In this document: positions 61,283-64,000 of the stretch, piece by piece
How positions within the stretch are numbered: position 1 is the first letter of the stretch
Layout: each line of letters opens with the position of its first letter
Source of the DNA: Oikopleura dioica
Taxonomy: Eukaryota; Animalia; Chordata
Reading direction: 5' to 3'
Length of the DNA: 64,000 nt
NCBI GenBank assembly: GCA_907165135.1
Contig: OU015567.1
Span: 8,432,001-8,496,000 of the forward strand
Notes under the pieces: generated by a model
Told to the model about the DNA's origin: nothing
Database searches by the model: none
The model's input: the letters and a program-made list of their open reading frames with translations, nothing else
Program-made: the position numbers and the translations under genes

Positions 61283-64000
61283 ATGGGGTTATTGGTTGTT
61301 GGCGAGCCCTTGAACTGGGAAGATACGAAGAAACATGCGGAATATGTCAGGAAAGGGATTTTATTCTACCGCGATTCTCGTTTCTCAGGAAGCCGCATTC
61401 CCTACTGGTCAGAATTTATAATCAGGAATGTTATTTTTATGTAATAATAAGAGTAAACAAATATTTGATAAGAGAATTTACTTATTCACTTCGCGGTACC
61501 AGTCAGGTACAACCAGATCTGTGTTTTTTAATATCTTATCTTTATTCGGAATAAATTATTCCAGAAAACTGGTGGACTATTCTTGCGTTCGTTGAACCTC
61601 AATACATCAGCTCAAGAATTAATCTTTCCGCCGTTCCCTCAACAAATCCCTTATCGCAGAGAGCACGGACTGGAGCAACTCATCCATATTTACAACCAAT
61701 ACAAAGATCGCTGCTGCGACACGCTAAAATGGGGCGACGAGGTGGAGTACATGATCTGCCGCGGCAACGAAGGTAACTTTCAAAAACGAAACCTGATTCA
61801 AAGACAAAGAAATCGACCTTTCATTTTCAGCAGTAATAATCAACAATACTAGCGGGCAAAAAGATCCAACTCGTCTTGAAAGGCGAAGATATCTTCGAGG
61901 AGCTCGATTGTGAGCAGCAGGACGAGCTCTGGAGGCCGGAATATGCCAGCTACATGCTTGAAGGGACTCCTGGACAGCCTTATGGGGGAACTCTCAATGA
62001 TTTGCTGAAGGATAGGGTCACGATAAGATCGGATTTTTAAGGTGCAAAAAGGGGAAGCCGAAACCGCAGCGTAAAAATCTGAATAAAAAGCCTCTCCGGT
62101 GTGCTACAAAACGAGAAAGCCGCCTGCGGCTTGCGGGTTTCAAGGCTAAAAGAAGGGAGTGCGGCTCTTCTATTTTTCTTACGATTCTAACGATTTTGCT
62201 TACTTTCTCTGATGTCCTGCAAAAGAAATAAGACAAAAAAGAATTTTGATGAAACTAGGAACTTGAAGTTCTTCGTCTCATAAAATTAGTTTGTTTTTCT
62301 AATGAAATATTGTGTCGTGTTCTTTTAACAGAAAGATTATTGATCGTGCCTTCTTTTTAGAAGAAGCATAAATAGTTAGCGGTTAGCTAACTATTTACGC
62401 AAGGTAAGCAGCCCTCTTTTGGACTGCTCCTTGACTTCTTCAGTCAGCGGGATTTTTACCTCATCGCTCCAGCTAAAGAAAAATAAGTTGGATTCCCAAA
62501 ATTTTAAAAATTACCTCTCAGAATTCGGCGTCGGACCTTCCTTGTTCATGCCAAGGCAGTGAACTGAATGAAAGAGAGTCGATTTTGCCCTGACAACAAC
62601 TTCAGTTCTAGAGAAGCGCGAGTTTTTCCTGGAAAAATGGTAATCTGGAGATTTTTTCCATCATTAGCTTGTTTCCGACAAAAAGGCTCTAGAGAAGAAA
62701 ATGGGATTGTAGGATGCACTTATTTTTTAATAAAATTGTTGATTCAGAGAAACCGACTATAAATCGATAGTATTTTGACCCTTGAAACCAGGTCGAGCGC
62801 TCAATGCTCAGAAGACGAAAGCAAGTCGAAGCAAAACTTGAAGAAAACGAGTACCTGGTCGCTTATTCAACCTTCCCCCGCCTCGGCTGCGAGAAATTCA
62901 CCATCCCAGAAGTCGTCATCAATGACCCGGTCACCGACAATCCTTTCACTCAGTCGGAATTCTTCCCCGAACGCGCAATCAACCGCCATCCCCGCTTTCC
63001 AACCCTTTCTCAAAATATTCGACACCGAAGAGGAAAAAAGGTCGAAATCAACATTCCACTAATGATCGATGAAAACACAAGTCGGCCGTTCAGAAGCGAA
63101 GGATTGAAAACGGAGGAAAGCCGACGCGCCCAAATGGACGATCATATTTATATGGACGCGATGGGTTTCGGGATGGGCAATTCCTGTCTCCAAGTCACTT
63201 TTCAAGCGAGCTCGATTTGCGAGGCCAAGCATTTGTACGATCAGTTACTGGGCTCGCATATTTTTAGTTATTGGAGTTCGGAATAAAATTAGTCAGTCAT
63301 AGAGAGGTATCTTTAGGGACACAAGAAATACGCTAGTAATATATCCAATCTCTTGAACTCTGTAGACATGTTGTCGAGCCCAGACAAGTTAATTCCAATG
63401 ACTCCAATAATGCTCGCGATATCAGCCGCTTCTCCGATATTCCGCGGCCTCTTAGCCGATGTTGACACTCGTTGGTCAGTAATTTCTGCCTCTGTCGATT
63501 GTCGAACCGAGGAGGAAAAAGGCTCAGTGCCGCTTAAAAACGACAAATACGTCATTCCAAAGAGTCGTTACGCGTCTGTCAGCTCGTATCTTATGGACGA
63601 GAACCAAAAGTACAACGATATGAAACTCGTTATCAACCCTGAAGCGGAGAAAAAGCTGCTCGATGCGGGAATGGATCCAGTTTTGGCAACGCATTTTGCG
63701 CATTTATTCATCAGGGACCCGGTTACTCTTTGGGGCAACAAGTAAGTTCAGATCGGTTTACTTCGGATGGGAAAGATGAATTAATTATTAGAATATATTT
63801 GGATGATGAGAAAGAGTCCGATCACTTCGAGAATATTCAATCGACAAACTGGCAAACGCTGAGATTCAAGCCGCCACCACCGAACTCGCCCATCGGCTGG
63901 CGAGTTGAATTTAGACCGATGGAGGTTCAATTCACCGAGTTTGAAAACGCTGCCCATTCCATTTTCATCGTGCTTCTTACACGCGTTATTTTAAGGTAGC
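61283..64000 (+). CDS. GCLC: Glutamate-cysteine ligase catalytic subunit (3' end beyond window)
   Basis: [12 protein letters not shown]; LKWGDEVEY; [20 protein letters not shown]; [21 protein letters not shown]; [19 protein letters not shown]; [12 protein letters not shown]. Confidence 0.96.

Overview
Eukaryotic genomic DNA, not prokaryotic. The very compact genes, many ~40-70 nt introns with frequent non-canonical GA-AG/GC-AG ends, and a tenascin point to a larvacean tunicate (Oikopleura-like; inference). About 17 intron-containing host genes are visible: an RS-rich protein, a secreted beta-lactamase-fold serine hydrolase, a CAP-Gly protein, a C-type-lectin membrane protein, a ~19-kb tenascin, a glutaminase homologue, a B4GALNT-like glycosyltransferase, two tandem secreted PLA2-like/oikosin-like paralogues, an EF-hand protein, PUF60 and GCLC, plus several unidentified ones. 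The most striking structure lies in a 7.1-kb tenascin intron. There a TTAA-flanked MITE is interrupted by a 5.25-kb hAT element (perfect 8-bp TSD). This element carries an internally deleted transposase, a captured NT5DC1 fragment, a CCAAT-bearing tandem array and an intact intronless cargo gene (Zn finger + chromo-like + RING + SUMO-interacting-like motif), a candidate transposon anti-silencing ubiquitin ligase. Other notable items: the glutaminase homologue lacks three catalytic residues, a MITE rewrites a protein C-terminus, a near-perfect palindrome with 285-bp arms sits in a PUF60 intron, and a 55-bp hairpin satellite has amplified inside a TA-flanked DNA transposon. Exon boundaries and homology calls were made by eye and from memory of the families, not from searches; CDS coordinates are gene spans including introns.
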